A stretch of DNA of 64,000 nt from Paludibacter jiangxiensis (GCA_945870155.1 CAMBSB010000003.1:16708-80707), one strand, 5' to 3'; positions 27,959 to 38,632 are shown, numbered from the stretch's first letter. A program made the numbers and translations. The notes: generated by a model not told the origin, from the letters alone.

Positions 27959-29201
27959 AGAATTCGAAAAAATTATTCAACAAAAGCTGGCCAATCACAG
28001 TTTGCCTGTTGATGCTGATATTTGGAAAGGAATAGAAGCAAAACTAAAACCCGCTCCCAAAAAGATACTTCCTTTTTGGTATTGGATTTCATCAGCTTCG
28101 GCCGTGGCTGTAATTTTATTGTTACTGGGCATTTTCAATTTTACTAATACAAACACTCACAAGGAATTAGCTATAAATAAAAACACAGATTCAGAAAAAA
28201 TACAAACTAAAAACACAAAAACAAATAGCATTCAAACTGAAACACTGACATTAAACTCAAACATCAAAAAACAAAATAGTGAAAAAGCTTTAGTCAAAAA
28301 ATCGAACAAATCAAAAGCTCCCGAAATTATAATTCCAAATACAGAAACTGCTCAAAAATTAACAGATAATTCATCCGAAATAAGTAAACAAAATGAATTC
28401 GGAAAAACTGAAATTATAACTGAAAATAAGCAAATTGCACAAACCAAGGAATCTGTTGAAAATGGGGATTCAAAGTTGACTGACGAAAAGAAAAAACTTA
28501 TAGCAGTTTTAGAAGAACCAACATCGGACTGGCAAGATGATTTTAAAAAAGAATCAGAAAATGAATGGGTATTAATTGCATCGCTTGGTTCAGGTGGCTC
28601 CGGTGCATCAGCAAACTCAAATGCAGAAATGGATCAACCGCTCTATAAATCGAGTATTTTGAAAGCTCCAACCATGAACACTTCAATACTTGCACCTTCC
28701 GATTTTTCGGAAAGAAGCTATAATGCTCCTATTTCATTTGGTTTTACAGCAAATAAAAAAATACTGAAAAACCTGAGCATCGAAACCGGTATAAGCTATA
28801 CCTATTTATATACAATGCTTAAAGATAGTAGAGCCACTGCCGATTTTAGTTTGCATTATGTGGGAATTCCTTTAAACTTGATGTATAAAATCTGGAATAA
28901 CAATAAATGGAGTGTTTACACTTCGGCTGGTATAATGGCCGAAAAAGGCATTTGGTCGGTGTACCGCCAAGATGAATTTGTAGGAAATCAGACTATTACC
29001 ACCAAAGTAACAAAAAAAATTCCCGGAATGCAATGGTCGGTTAATGGTGCTGTGGGGCTTACTTATGCCATTTTGGACGAGATGGATATATATTTTGAAC
29101 CTAAACTTTCAAAGTTCTTCGAAAACGATCAACCCATTAGCATACGCACCGAAAACAAATTGGTTATAGGAATATCGGGTGGATTTAGGTGGAATTTTTA
29201 A
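27939..29201 (+). CDS. Dual-membrane-spanning anti-sigma factor (N-terminal anti-sigma, TM helix, linker, C-terminal OM beta-barrel)
   Basis: Overlaps the sigma gene. KL.NHSLPVDADIWKGIE N-domain, one TM helix, disordered linker, amphipathic beta-strands ending in GFRWNF. Confidence 0.75.
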   Translation: MDNNINKEFEKIIQQKLANHSLPVDADIWKGIEAKLKPAPKKILPFWYWISSASAVAVILLLLGIFNFTNTNTHKELAINKNTDSEKIQTKNTKTNSIQTETLTLNSNIKKQNSEKALVKKSNKSKAPEIIIPNTETAQKLTDNSSEISKQNEFGKTEIITENKQIAQTKESVENGDSKLTDEKKKLIAVLEEPTSDWQDDFKKESENEWVLIASLGSGGSGASANSNAEMDQPLYKSSILKAPTMNTSILAPSDFSERSYNAPISFGFTANKKILKNLSIETGISYTYLYTMLKDSRATADFSLHYVGIPLNLMYKIWNNNKWSVYTSAGIMAEKGIWSVYRQDEFVGNQTITTKVTKKIPGMQWSVNGAVGLTYAILDEMDIYFEPKLSKFFENDQPISIRTENKLVIGISGGFRWNF

Positions 29202-29217
29202 TGTGAAAATCTATAGA

Positions 29218-29682
29218 ATGAAAAACTGTATTTATCGAACAATAATTATTTTATTTGCTTTATTTCTTACAACTTGTTCAGATGACATTAATTCTGAAAA
29301 AATTAAAACCATCAAATATGGGACTTCTTTTGGTATGTGTGTAGGCTATTGTAAACATGAAATGATAGTCGACTCAAAAAAAATTATTTATAATAGTTCG
29401 GGTTCGCGGGAGGATGTAATAGCGAAAACCAATTCAGTATCAATAAAAAATTCAACTTGGGAAACCTTAAATTCCGGAATTGAAATGAAATCGTTTTTTG
29501 AACTTCCTGAAACAATAGGATGCCCTGATTGTGCTGATGGTGGTGCTGAATGGTTAGAAATTGAACTCGAAAATGGTGATACTCACAAAGTTGTTTTTGA
29601 GTATTACAATGAACCAGAAATACTTAAGAAAGTAATCGAAGAATTTAGAGGATTAATGACAGAAAATGAAGTAGTAAAGTAA
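29218..29682 (+). CDS. Cys-containing hypothetical lipoprotein
   Basis: Lipobox FLTTC; GTSFGMCVGYC and CPDCADGG motifs. Start placed at ATG 29218. Confidence 0.75.
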   Translation: MKNCIYRTIIILFALFLTTCSDDINSEKIKTIKYGTSFGMCVGYCKHEMIVDSKKIIYNSSGSREDVIAKTNSVSIKNSTWETLNSGIEMKSFFELPETIGCPDCADGGAEWLEIELENGDTHKVVFEYYNEPEILKKVIEEFRGLMTENEVVK

Positions 29683-29701
29683 ATAAAATTTATTTCAAAA
29701 T

Positions 29702-30100
29702 ATGAAACAGGCAGTTTTCTGTGTTATAATTCTTTTGCTGTTTAACTGCACAGAGCAAAGCAATGAAAGCACAAAAGGAATTTTAAAAGGTAAAATTTCT
29801 ATCGGACCAATTTGCCCTGTTGAAACTGATCCCCCTCAGCCGGGTTGCAAAGCTACTTTGGAAACTTATAAAGCTTATCAAACAGCCGTTTGGAAATCGA
29901 ACAAAAAAAATTACCTGGTAAAAATAGACCCTGATATTGAAGGAAATTATCAGACAGAATTGCCTGAGGGTGAATATTATATTGATTTTGAGGATAAAAA
30001 AGTTGTAAGAATTGGTGGAGCTAATTTTCCACTGGTATTTAAAATCAGCAATGCACAAACAACAAATTTAGACATTTATATTGACACAGGTATAAGGTAA
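29702..30100 (+). CDS. Hypothetical lipoprotein (carboxypeptidase-regulatory-like fold, tentative)
   Basis: Lipobox LFNC; GPICPVE...C motif; D.EGNY..ELPEGEY. Confidence 0.7.
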   Translation: MKQAVFCVIILLLFNCTEQSNESTKGILKGKISIGPICPVETDPPQPGCKATLETYKAYQTAVWKSNKKNYLVKIDPDIEGNYQTELPEGEYYIDFEDKKVVRIGGANFPLVFKISNAQTTNLDIYIDTGIR

Positions 30101-30132
30101 TAGTTTCTATATCTGTTAATTAAAACATAACG

Positions 30133-30160
30133 TGCAACATTATAGTATGTATTATCATCT
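30133..30160 (+). promoter_or_regulatory. Candidate ECF sigma promoter TGCAAC-N17-CATCT
   Basis: Matches 27346-27373. Confidence 0.55.
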
Positions 30161-30220
30161 ATATTAAAGTTATCTATTTGTAATTATTATTTTTGAAGCA
30201 ATAATTTAAAATCTTTATTT

Positions 30221-31453
30221 ATGAAAACAACAAAATTGAGTTTAATACTAGCCATTGTAGCTGCCTTTTTCACCAATTGTACCATGAACGATGACACTAA
30301 AATTCAGCCTGAAAATGCTAAACCAATAGTGCTTAAAGTTGCTTTACAAAAACGAATAGTACAGGACAATGAATTTGCTTTTGATATTTTCAAAAAAACA
30401 ATTACCGAATCGACTGAACCCAATGTGCTTTTGTCACCATTGAGTATAAGCATTGCTTTGGGGATGACATTGAATGGTGCAACCGATGAAACCAAAACCG
30501 GCATCGAAAAAACATTGAAAATGAGTGGTTTGACCTTGGAAAATATCAACGATTATTATCAGGTAATGCAATCAACCCTGCCTACAATTGACCCAACTAC
30601 CACTTTAAATATCGCAAATTCAATTTGGTACAAAACGGGTTATCCCATTAAATCTGAATTTATCACTGTAAATAAAAATTATTTCAATGCCGAAGTTCGT
30701 GAAATGGATTTTTCGCAAGCTTGGGCTAAGGATACTATAAACAATTGGATAGCCCGAAAAACAAATAATCACATCAAAGATATGTTGGATCAAATTCCGG
30801 GTGATGTAGTAATGTATTTAATTAATGCAGTGTACTTTAAAGGAATATGGCAACAGCCTTTTAACACCAAAGCAACTAAAGAAGCTTTGTTTACCAATAA
30901 TTTAAAAAATCAGGTGAAGGTAAATATGATGTATCAAAAAGATACATTTAATTATTATGCCGATGAAAAAACACAGTATTTGGATTTAGCTTACGGAAAC
31001 AATGCTTTTTGCATGACGATAATTCTGCCTTCACAAATTTCCTCAATTAAAGAGGTGTTGGAAACGCTCGATGTAGACAGCTGGAATCTGAATTTAAACA
31101 AGATGGAGGAAGAAGAACTGGAAGTTTATTTGCCACGCTTTAAATCGAAAAGCAAATTTTTATTGAATAATGTGTTGAAAACCATGGGAATGGGAAGGGC
31201 TTTTGAAGATAGAGATGAATTCAGGAATATGGCTAATTCCGACTTGTACATATCAAGGGTTTTGCATGATACCGCCATAGAAGTTACCGAAGAAGGCACT
31301 GTAGCTGCCGCTGCTACCATAGTTGAAATGACTGAAAAGGCCATGTTTAACTCCATTTTCAATGCCAACAGACCATTCATATATATTATCAGAGAAAAAA
31401 GCACAGGGGTTATCCTGTTTATAGGAAAAACAGAAAATATTGACAAATTTTAA
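30221..31453 (+). CDS. Serpin family protease inhibitor, lipoprotein
   Basis: SPLSISIAL, INAVYFKGIW, hinge EEGTVAAAAT, ANRPF, LFIGK. Confidence 0.95.
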   Translation: MKTTKLSLILAIVAAFFTNCTMNDDTKIQPENAKPIVLKVALQKRIVQDNEFAFDIFKKTITESTEPNVLLSPLSISIALGMTLNGATDETKTGIEKTLKMSGLTLENINDYYQVMQSTLPTIDPTTTLNIANSIWYKTGYPIKSEFITVNKNYFNAEVREMDFSQAWAKDTINNWIARKTNNHIKDMLDQIPGDVVMYLINAVYFKGIWQQPFNTKATKEALFTNNLKNQVKVNMMYQKDTFNYYADEKTQYLDLAYGNNAFCMTIILPSQISSIKEVLETLDVDSWNLNLNKMEEEELEVYLPRFKSKSKFLLNNVLKTMGMGRAFEDRDEFRNMANSDLYISRVLHDTAIEVTEEGTVAAAATIVEMTEKAMFNSIFNANRPFIYIIREKSTGVILFIGKTENIDKF

Positions 31454-31467
31454 ACTCGAAAGAAAAA

Positions 31468-32697
31468 ATGAAAAAGCTTATAATGTTACTAATTGTTAGC
31501 ACAATGCTAATTAACTGCACCTCAAAACCAGAAGATATACTGATTAAAGAAGATGCAAAACCAATAATTTTAAAAGCGGCCATGCAAAAACGTGTTGCTC
31601 AGGATAATGAATTTGCATTTAAACTACTGAAAAATACCATTCAAAAAACCACTGAATCAAATGTGTTTGTTTCTCCTTTGAGTGTAAGTATTGCTTTGGG
31701 GATGGCTTGGAATGGTGCTGCCGGCGAAACAAAAACTCAGATTGAAACCACGCTAGAAATGTCAGGATTATCGACAGATGAAATCAACGAGTATTACAAA
31801 ATCATGCAAACTTCGCTACCAACAGTTGACCCAAACACAAAATTGAGTATTGCTAATTCCATGTGGTACAGAAAAGGTTTTGATGTGAAATCGAGCTTTT
31901 TGAAAGTTAATGCCGATAATTTTAATGCTTACGTAAAAGAACTCGATTTTTCGAAAACCTGGGCAAAAGATACCATTAATAATTGGTGTGCAAAAAACAC
32001 CAACAACCTGATAAAAACCATAATTGATGGAAATATATCGGAGGAAACCATGATGTATTTAATTAATGCAGTGTATTTTAAAGGTATATGGTGTTCTAAG
32101 TTTGAGAAAAAATCAACTTACGAAGCTGATTTTAAAACAGAAACCGGGACGACAGTAAAAGTAAATATGATGAATCAAAAAGATACTTTTGATTATGCTG
32201 CCGACGAATTGGCTCAATATGTGGATATGCCTTATGGAAACAAAGCTTTTAGCATGACGGTAATATTGCCCAATGAAAACAAAACAACAAAAGATGTGTT
32301 GAATCAACTTACTGTAAATAAATGGAATGAAACACTGGATAAGATGTCGAGTCGCGAAGTTCAATTGTATTTACCACGCTTTAAAGTGGAGAATAAATTT
32401 AAATTAAACGATGCCCTGAAAACCATGGGAATGCCAATTGCATTCAGTGATTTTGCTGATTTTACGGGTATTTCGGATGTAAGATTAATGATTTCGGAAG
32501 TTTTGCATAAAACTTACATTACAGTTGACGAAGAAGGCACTGAAGCTGCAGCCGTAACTTCAATTGGATTTACCACAACCTCTATGCCTATAATTCCGAT
32601 AATCAATATAAACAAACCCTTTGTTTTTGCCATCAGGGAAAAAAGCACAGGCGTAATTTTATTTATCGGGAAAATGGGAAGCTTAGAAAAATACTAA
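31468..32697 (+). CDS. Serpin family protease inhibitor, lipoprotein (tandem paralogue)
   Basis: SPLSVSIAL, INAVYFKGIW, hinge EEGTEAAAVT, INKPF, LFIGK. Confidence 0.95.
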   Translation: MKKLIMLLIVSTMLINCTSKPEDILIKEDAKPIILKAAMQKRVAQDNEFAFKLLKNTIQKTTESNVFVSPLSVSIALGMAWNGAAGETKTQIETTLEMSGLSTDEINEYYKIMQTSLPTVDPNTKLSIANSMWYRKGFDVKSSFLKVNADNFNAYVKELDFSKTWAKDTINNWCAKNTNNLIKTIIDGNISEETMMYLINAVYFKGIWCSKFEKKSTYEADFKTETGTTVKVNMMNQKDTFDYAADELAQYVDMPYGNKAFSMTVILPNENKTTKDVLNQLTVNKWNETLDKMSSREVQLYLPRFKVENKFKLNDALKTMGMPIAFSDFADFTGISDVRLMISEVLHKTYITVDEEGTEAAAVTSIGFTTTSMPIIPIININKPFVFAIREKSTGVILFIGKMGSLEKY

Positions 32698-32698
32698 C

Positions 32699-33184
32699 AT
32701 GATGTGGAATAAGATTATAATTTTTATTGGGATTGTCTTTATATCCTTTGCATTAAACTCTTGTAAAACAAACGATTTAGTCCTATCTGAAGGTGATTAT
32801 TTAGTTTTTGGTGAGTTTCACGGTGAATGTATGGGCGAAGCTTGTATAGAAATTTTTCGACTTGAAAACGGAAAAATATTTGAAGACACCAAAGATATTT
32901 ACCCCAATTCAAAATCGTTTTACGTGGCAAATTACGTGCAACTAAACAATGAAAAATACGAGTTGATAAAAGATTTAATCACTTACTTCCCCAGCGATTT
33001 ACTGAATGAAAAAAGCACTGTAATAGGTGAACCAGATGCCGGTGATTGGGGTGGTTTTTATATTGAATACAACTTTAATGGGGTTCACAAAATGTGGCTG
33101 TTGGACAAAATGAAAACGAATGTACCTGCTAAATATCATGAATTTATTGATCTGTTAGATGTCAAAATAAATTCTTTGCAATAA
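32699..33184 (+). CDS. Hypothetical lipoprotein, distant paralogue of 29218-29682
   Basis: Lipobox LNSC; FHGECMGEAC and GEPDAGDWGG echo FGMCVGYC and GCPDCADGG. Confidence 0.7.
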   Translation: MMWNKIIIFIGIVFISFALNSCKTNDLVLSEGDYLVFGEFHGECMGEACIEIFRLENGKIFEDTKDIYPNSKSFYVANYVQLNNEKYELIKDLITYFPSDLLNEKSTVIGEPDAGDWGGFYIEYNFNGVHKMWLLDKMKTNVPAKYHEFIDLLDVKINSLQ

Positions 33185-33428
33185 ATGTAAGGTTAGTCCT
33201 TAAGATTTTTCTCAATAATTTAATCATTTATAAAACAATGATTTATAATTTCTAAATGGGTTGAATGTAGCATAAATATTAAAAAAATAATGATTTATTA
33301 TCAATATAAAATTTCAAAAAGTGCTAAAAACTCCCCTTGTATCTCCAATTTTCCTCTCTTTTCCCCCTTTGGGGGTTAGGGGGTCGGGGTTGGGGGGCAG
33401 AACAATAAATAATTTAAATACCTAAAAA

Positions 33429-34712
33429 ATGAAAAAAACAATTTTCCTACTAAGTATAATTAGTATATTTCTAAGCTCGTGCAGCGAAGAAGTCAGTGAA
33501 TCAATCACTTATAAAATAAACGAACCGGTTTTCATGTCAACGCAGGATTTTCGTAACTCATTGAAAGTTACAAAAAACAGCGTTGAAATTACAGATTATG
33601 GTAAAATTGCATTTTACAATGGATATTTGTATATATGCGAGTCCGGAAAAGGAATACACATTATTGATAATAGAGTGCCTTCAAGCCCGGCAAATGTAGG
33701 TTTTATTGAATTGCTAGGCAATGCCGATTTAGCTATACGCAACAATTTGTTGTATGCCGACTCATATATCGATTTGGTTTGGTTTGATGTTACCAACCCG
33801 GCACAACCTACATTCAAGGGTAGATTAGAAAATATTTTCCCTAAAGCATTACCAATAATTGAAAATGAGTTTGGAATTGATTACGCTCTGTGTTATCCCG
33901 AAAATGCCAACCAAGGTGTAGTAGTAGGCTGGCAACTGAAAGAACGTACAGAACCAATAAATGAATATACTGGCGGGTGGTTTTGGCGATTTGGAGGACC
34001 AACCTTCGATGCGGTTGCAACTACAAATACAGCAGGTTCGTCTTCCAATGGGATAAACGGTTCTATGTCACGCTTTACACTGTATAACAACAACTTATAT
34101 GCAGTTACCGAAAACCAAATGACCATTTTTGACTTAACCGGCGAAATGCCCAAAAAAGCTGCAGAAAGTATTTATATAGGTTGGAATGTAGAAACTATTT
34201 TTAGTTATAAAGATAATATGTTTATGGGTACACCTACCGGAATGCTAATCTATTCGGTAACTGACCCACTTAAACCTATTTTTCAATCATCGGTTTCACA
34301 TGTTTTTGGATGCGATCCCGTGGTAGTAGATAACGATTTAGCTTATGTAACTGTACATTCGGGCAATAATTGCGGCCAAAATGCCAACGATTTATTCATA
34401 GTTGATGTGAAAGATGTCAAAAAACCCAAGCAAGTTGCTACATTTGCAATGAAGAGCCCCAAAGGTTTGGGTATTGACAATGGTAAATTGTTTTTGTGTG
34501 ATAATGGCTTGAAAATTTTCACTATTACCACGCCAGGTGAATTATATCTGAAAAGCCTGAAAAACATAGAAGGAATGTTAGGCTATGATTTGATTGCATA
34601 TAATAATACCTTGATGATGATTGCCGAAGATGGTTTGTATCAATATAACTATGCCAATATAAATGATATTAAGTTTTTAAGTAAATTGGCTTTTGCAAAG
34701 AAAGCAAATTAA
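33429..34712 (+). CDS. LVIVD-repeat beta-propeller lipoprotein
   Basis: Lipobox LSSC; repeated IHIIDNRVPSSP, MLIYSVTDPLKP and LFIVDVKDVKKP units. Confidence 0.85.
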   Translation: MKKTIFLLSIISIFLSSCSEEVSESITYKINEPVFMSTQDFRNSLKVTKNSVEITDYGKIAFYNGYLYICESGKGIHIIDNRVPSSPANVGFIELLGNADLAIRNNLLYADSYIDLVWFDVTNPAQPTFKGRLENIFPKALPIIENEFGIDYALCYPENANQGVVVGWQLKERTEPINEYTGGWFWRFGGPTFDAVATTNTAGSSSNGINGSMSRFTLYNNNLYAVTENQMTIFDLTGEMPKKAAESIYIGWNVETIFSYKDNMFMGTPTGMLIYSVTDPLKPIFQSSVSHVFGCDPVVVDNDLAYVTVHSGNNCGQNANDLFIVDVKDVKKPKQVATFAMKSPKGLGIDNGKLFLCDNGLKIFTITTPGELYLKSLKNIEGMLGYDLIAYNNTLMMIAEDGLYQYNYANINDIKFLSKLAFAKKAN

Positions 34713-34822
34713 GGATGATGAACTTATTTGCTTGAATGTTATGTGATTAAAAATATTTGTTTTATATTTGCACGTTATATACTTTGTATTTTTTCTTTTA
34801 ATTTTTTAAAAATTTAGTTATT

Positions 34823-37800
34823 ATGAGAAAGCTACTTTTAAAAGCCTTTATGGTTGTTGTTGCATGTTGTCTTTATCCAACATTTGCACTAAGTGAAACA
34901 ATTTCTCCAAATGCCGGTGAAGTTGTAGTTATGCCTACAAATCCGACATCCACTGATAGTATTCGTCTGGTTTACTATTACACTTCAACTGATGGATGCC
35001 CCGATTACAATTTGGCACTTGATTCTGTTGTAACTAATAAAGTTTATGTTAGCAGAAAGAAAATTGACAATGGTGACCGAATGTGTACAACGGTTATTAC
35101 TAAATTCAAGTCAATTATAAATTTGGGATTACTGAAAGCAAACTCTTTAATTTATTTCGATGGGAAACTAGTTAAAACTATCACACCACCTTGCGTAATG
35201 AATAAAACAGGAATTGTTGTTGCAGGTACAAATGAATGTTTAGGAAGACTGTTTATTGAAGATACTTCATCGCCGGTAATGAGTCCACTACCACAACTTT
35301 ATGCATTTGAAAACAATGTAATAGTCAATGGTACAAGCACTTCAAAACTAAAAGTTGGCGACAAAGTAAAATTTGGATCAAATTCAATTTTAAACGATAA
35401 CACATCAACATGTAAAATCGTTGGTATTGCAAATTGTTTTGAAATTATTCAGGTTACACCTCCACCACCTCCCCCATGCGTAATGGATAAAACAGGTATT
35501 GTTGTGTATGGCGATAATGAATGTGCAACAAAAATCTTTATTCAAGAATACTCTCCTATTAGTTCGGCAAAACAATTGTATTTAATCGAAAACAATGGAG
35601 TTACAAATGGAATTACAAACACAAGTTTAAAAGTTGGAAATAAAGTAAAATTTGGTGGTTATCTGATCAAAGCCGATTCTGCTAAAATATACGGATGTGG
35701 CATAGTTGGCATAGCAAAATGTTGGGCTATAACTGAAACACCTCCCCCTTGCGTAATGGATAAAACAGGACTTGTTTTTGAAATTAAAGACAACATGAGT
35801 TTAATAAAAGTAAGCAATACCAGCACTGATATATATGCAATACAGGGTGCAAAATTTGCTGTTGGCACAAAAATACAGTTCAAAGGAGTGAAGGTTGAAT
35901 GCGTTACTACACCTTGTTATAATAAAGTAGAATGCTTTAAAGTAATAGAAACTCCACCAGCGTGTGTAATGGATAAAACAGGTCTTGTTTTTGAAATTAA
36001 AGACAATATGTGCTTAATAAAAGAAAGCAATACCAGCACTGAAATTTATGCAATACCGGGTGCTAAATTTGCTATTGGCACAAAAATACAGTTCAAAGGC
36101 GTTAAAATTGAATGCATTACTACGCCTTGCTACAATAAAGTAGAATGCTTTAAAGTAATTGAAACACCACCAACTTGTATAATGGATAAAAAAGGTGTTG
36201 TTTTCGAGATTAAGGACAATATGGCTTTAATTAGAGAGAGCAATACGAGTACAGATATTTATGCAATTAAGGACGCAAGATTCCCAGTGGGCACTGTAAT
36301 TCAATTTAAAGGTCTAAAAATAAATTGCATAACTACTCCATGCTATAATACTGTAGAATGTTACAAAGTTGTAGAAACTCCTCCATGTGTAATGGATAAA
36401 AAAGGAACAGTTATAGAGATTAAAGAGAACTTGACAATAATTAAAGAAAGCACAAGTGCTGACTTATATGCCATTAAAAATGTAAAATTCGCAATTGGAA
36501 CAGTTATTCAATTCAAAGGTGTAAAAGTTGAGTGTGTTACTACTCCTTGTTATAATAATGTAGAATGCTACAAAATTGTAGATGTTGTTAGTCCATGTAA
36601 GATTGATAAATATGGTATTGTTGTAAGTGGAGAAAACGATTGTGCAGGAAAGCTTTTTATACAAGAAATATCAGCAATAAGTAGTGCTAAACAATTATAT
36701 TTGATTGAAAAGAATTTAATGCCTAATGGAATTGAAGCTGCAAACTTGAAACTTGGAACTAAAGTAAAATTTGGCGGATATCTTATTAAAGCCGACTCAA
36801 CAAAACTATATTCATGTGGCATTGTAGGTATTGCAACTTGTTATGCTGTAAGCGAAGTGCCTGTAACTTGTACAATGGATAAAAATGGAGTTGTAGTTCC
36901 TGGAATTGATGGTTGTACTGGCAGACTATTTATTTCGGAAAACACTAATGATGGCTCGATAAAATTATATTCAGTAAAAAGCAACTTTGTTAATACTGAT
37001 GGTGCCAGTACTTTAGTGCTTAAAGCCGGCGATAAAGTGAAATTTGGAGCCAATCCTAATGCTAACGAAGGAAGTTCTATACTTTGTCCAACCGCAGGAG
37101 TAGCTACTTGTTATCAAGTTTTAGCCAGTGAAAATTCGTATTCATTGTCTGGCAAAGTAATGGCAGGTGTAGACTTGCTAAAAAATGGCATCACTTATTT
37201 GTTTAAAAAAGGTGACACAAAAGCCTCAGCAACTAATAAAATATCAAATGGTTATTTCAAATTTTACAATTTACCCGCAGGAGAATATACAGTTTATGTA
37301 GTTCCAAGTTTTGATGGAAATAAATCATTTATGCCTACTTTCTATCCAAATAAATTCTCATTTGCAGAGGCTGAATATGTTAAATTATCAACCAATGTTT
37401 TGGATTTGGTTGTTACTTTAAATAAATATGATTTACCAAAAGGAGCTGGAAGGATTACCGGAAAATTACTTTATGAAAACGGCGCATTGAAAGACAGTGT
37501 CATAGCTACTAATGGTTTAGAAAGTCCTTTGAAGGAAAATTCAAGCGATTTAGCATCTTTTACACCTATCACATTGGTTAATGATTTTAATGAACCTGTA
37601 GCGTGGGCTATTTCTGATTTTGATGGAAACTTTGCTTTCGAGTCTATACCTCTCGATAGTTATTTAGTGTCATCTGAAACGGCCTCAGCCAAAGGAGCTT
37701 CACTTGCTATTTTAAATTCAAGTACAACTGAAATAAATACAAACGTTGTTTTAAGAAGTCCTGAAAACGCAACTTCCTTAAACAACAATAAAGCTTCAGT

Positions 37801-38008
37801 ACTAAGCATTTATCCAAATCCAGCTTCAAGTAAGGTAGTAATAACTCTAAAGGAAAGTGGACAGATACAAATATTTAATGCTATTGGCCAAGTAGTATTG
37901 TCTAAATCATTAAAAGAAGGTAGAAACACTTTAGATGTTAGCTCATTAGATAAAGGCGTTTGTTTCTTGAAAATTGGAAATAGCACATATAAATTATTTA
38001 AAGAATAG
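34823..38008 (+). CDS. Secreted Cys-rich repeat protein with T9SS type A sorting domain
   Basis: Signal peptide; 4 long and 4 short PC(V/I)MDK repeats; C-terminal IYPNPASS...GVCFLKI. Confidence 0.9.
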   Translation: MRKLLLKAFMVVVACCLYPTFALSETISPNAGEVVVMPTNPTSTDSIRLVYYYTSTDGCPDYNLALDSVVTNKVYVSRKKIDNGDRMCTTVITKFKSIINLGLLKANSLIYFDGKLVKTITPPCVMNKTGIVVAGTNECLGRLFIEDTSSPVMSPLPQLYAFENNVIVNGTSTSKLKVGDKVKFGSNSILNDNTSTCKIVGIANCFEIIQVTPPPPPPCVMDKTGIVVYGDNECATKIFIQEYSPISSAKQLYLIENNGVTNGITNTSLKVGNKVKFGGYLIKADSAKIYGCGIVGIAKCWAITETPPPCVMDKTGLVFEIKDNMSLIKVSNTSTDIYAIQGAKFAVGTKIQFKGVKVECVTTPCYNKVECFKVIETPPACVMDKTGLVFEIKDNMCLIKESNTSTEIYAIPGAKFAIGTKIQFKGVKIECITTPCYNKVECFKVIETPPTCIMDKKGVVFEIKDNMALIRESNTSTDIYAIKDARFPVGTVIQFKGLKINCITTPCYNTVECYKVVETPPCVMDKKGTVIEIKENLTIIKESTSADLYAIKNVKFAIGTVIQFKGVKVECVTTPCYNNVECYKIVDVVSPCKIDKYGIVVSGENDCAGKLFIQEISAISSAKQLYLIEKNLMPNGIEAANLKLGTKVKFGGYLIKADSTKLYSCGIVGIATCYAVSEVPVTCTMDKNGVVVPGIDGCTGRLFISENTNDGSIKLYSVKSNFVNTDGASTLVLKAGDKVKFGANPNANEGSSILCPTAGVATCYQVLASENSYSLSGKVMAGVDLLKNGITYLFKKGDTKASATNKISNGYFKFYNLPAGEYTVYVVPSFDGNKSFMPTFYPNKFSFAEAEYVKLSTNVLDLVVTLNKYDLPKGAGRITGKLLYENGALKDSVIATNGLESPLKENSSDLASFTPITLVNDFNEPVAWAISDFDGNFAFESIPLDSYLVSSETASAKGASLAILNSSTTEINTNVVLRSPENATSLNNNKASVLSIYPNPASSKVVITLKESGQIQIFNAIGQVVLSKSLKEGRNTLDVSSLDKGVCFLKIGNSTYKLFKE

Positions 38009-38021
38009 CATAGAAAACAAC

Positions 38022-38052
38022 TAGCGGTATTGCAAAAAAAGCAATACCGCTA
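38022..38052 (+). terminator. Hairpin/terminator
   Basis: TAGCGGTATTGC / GCAATACCGCTA perfect 12-bp stem after the stop codon. Confidence 0.6.
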
Positions 38053-38128
38053 AACAATTAAAAATTTAATTTTTGAATAATCTGAAATAAGAAAGAATCG
38101 AAAATTGAATTGAACATAAACCGCAAAC

Positions 38129-38632
38129 ATGAAAATTATTTTTAAATCATTATTAATCATTACAATATCATTTACTTTCTGGTCTTGTAAAAATTATGAT
38201 GATGAATTAGGAAATTTTAATAATTTCACCCCAAACGATTTATTTGGCGTTTGGACTGATACCTTAAAATCCGGCACTACGGGGAGAACCGTTAATGTAT
38301 TAACTTTCAATCCAAACGGCACATTTGTTTCGGGTACTAATTCCTATGGTGTGTATAGTGGACAAAAAAGCAATGATTTATCCGGCTATTTTGAATATTA
38401 CGGCAACTATGTTTTAAGTATAAAGAACATCTATTTTAAATCGCAGCAATCGATATCGTGGGATAGTTTTACAGGAGGTAACCCTATAAAAACACAAAAA
38501 GATCAAGTAATTTTTGAATCGTGTACCTATAAAATTTCAAATGATACGCTGAATATCAGTTATATAACTTATCCGGCAGATGCACCGGTTGCGACTAAAC
38601 GACAATATAAAAGAATAGAAAAATTTCAATGA
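38129..38632 (+). CDS. Hypothetical lipoprotein (lipocalin-like, tentative)
   Basis: Lipobox FWSC; LFGVW...LTFNPNGTF pattern. Confidence 0.7.
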   Translation: MKIIFKSLLIITISFTFWSCKNYDDELGNFNNFTPNDLFGVWTDTLKSGTTGRTVNVLTFNPNGTFVSGTNSYGVYSGQKSNDLSGYFEYYGNYVLSIKNIYFKSQQSISWDSFTGGNPIKTQKDQVIFESCTYKISNDTLNISYITYPADAPVATKRQYKRIEKFQ

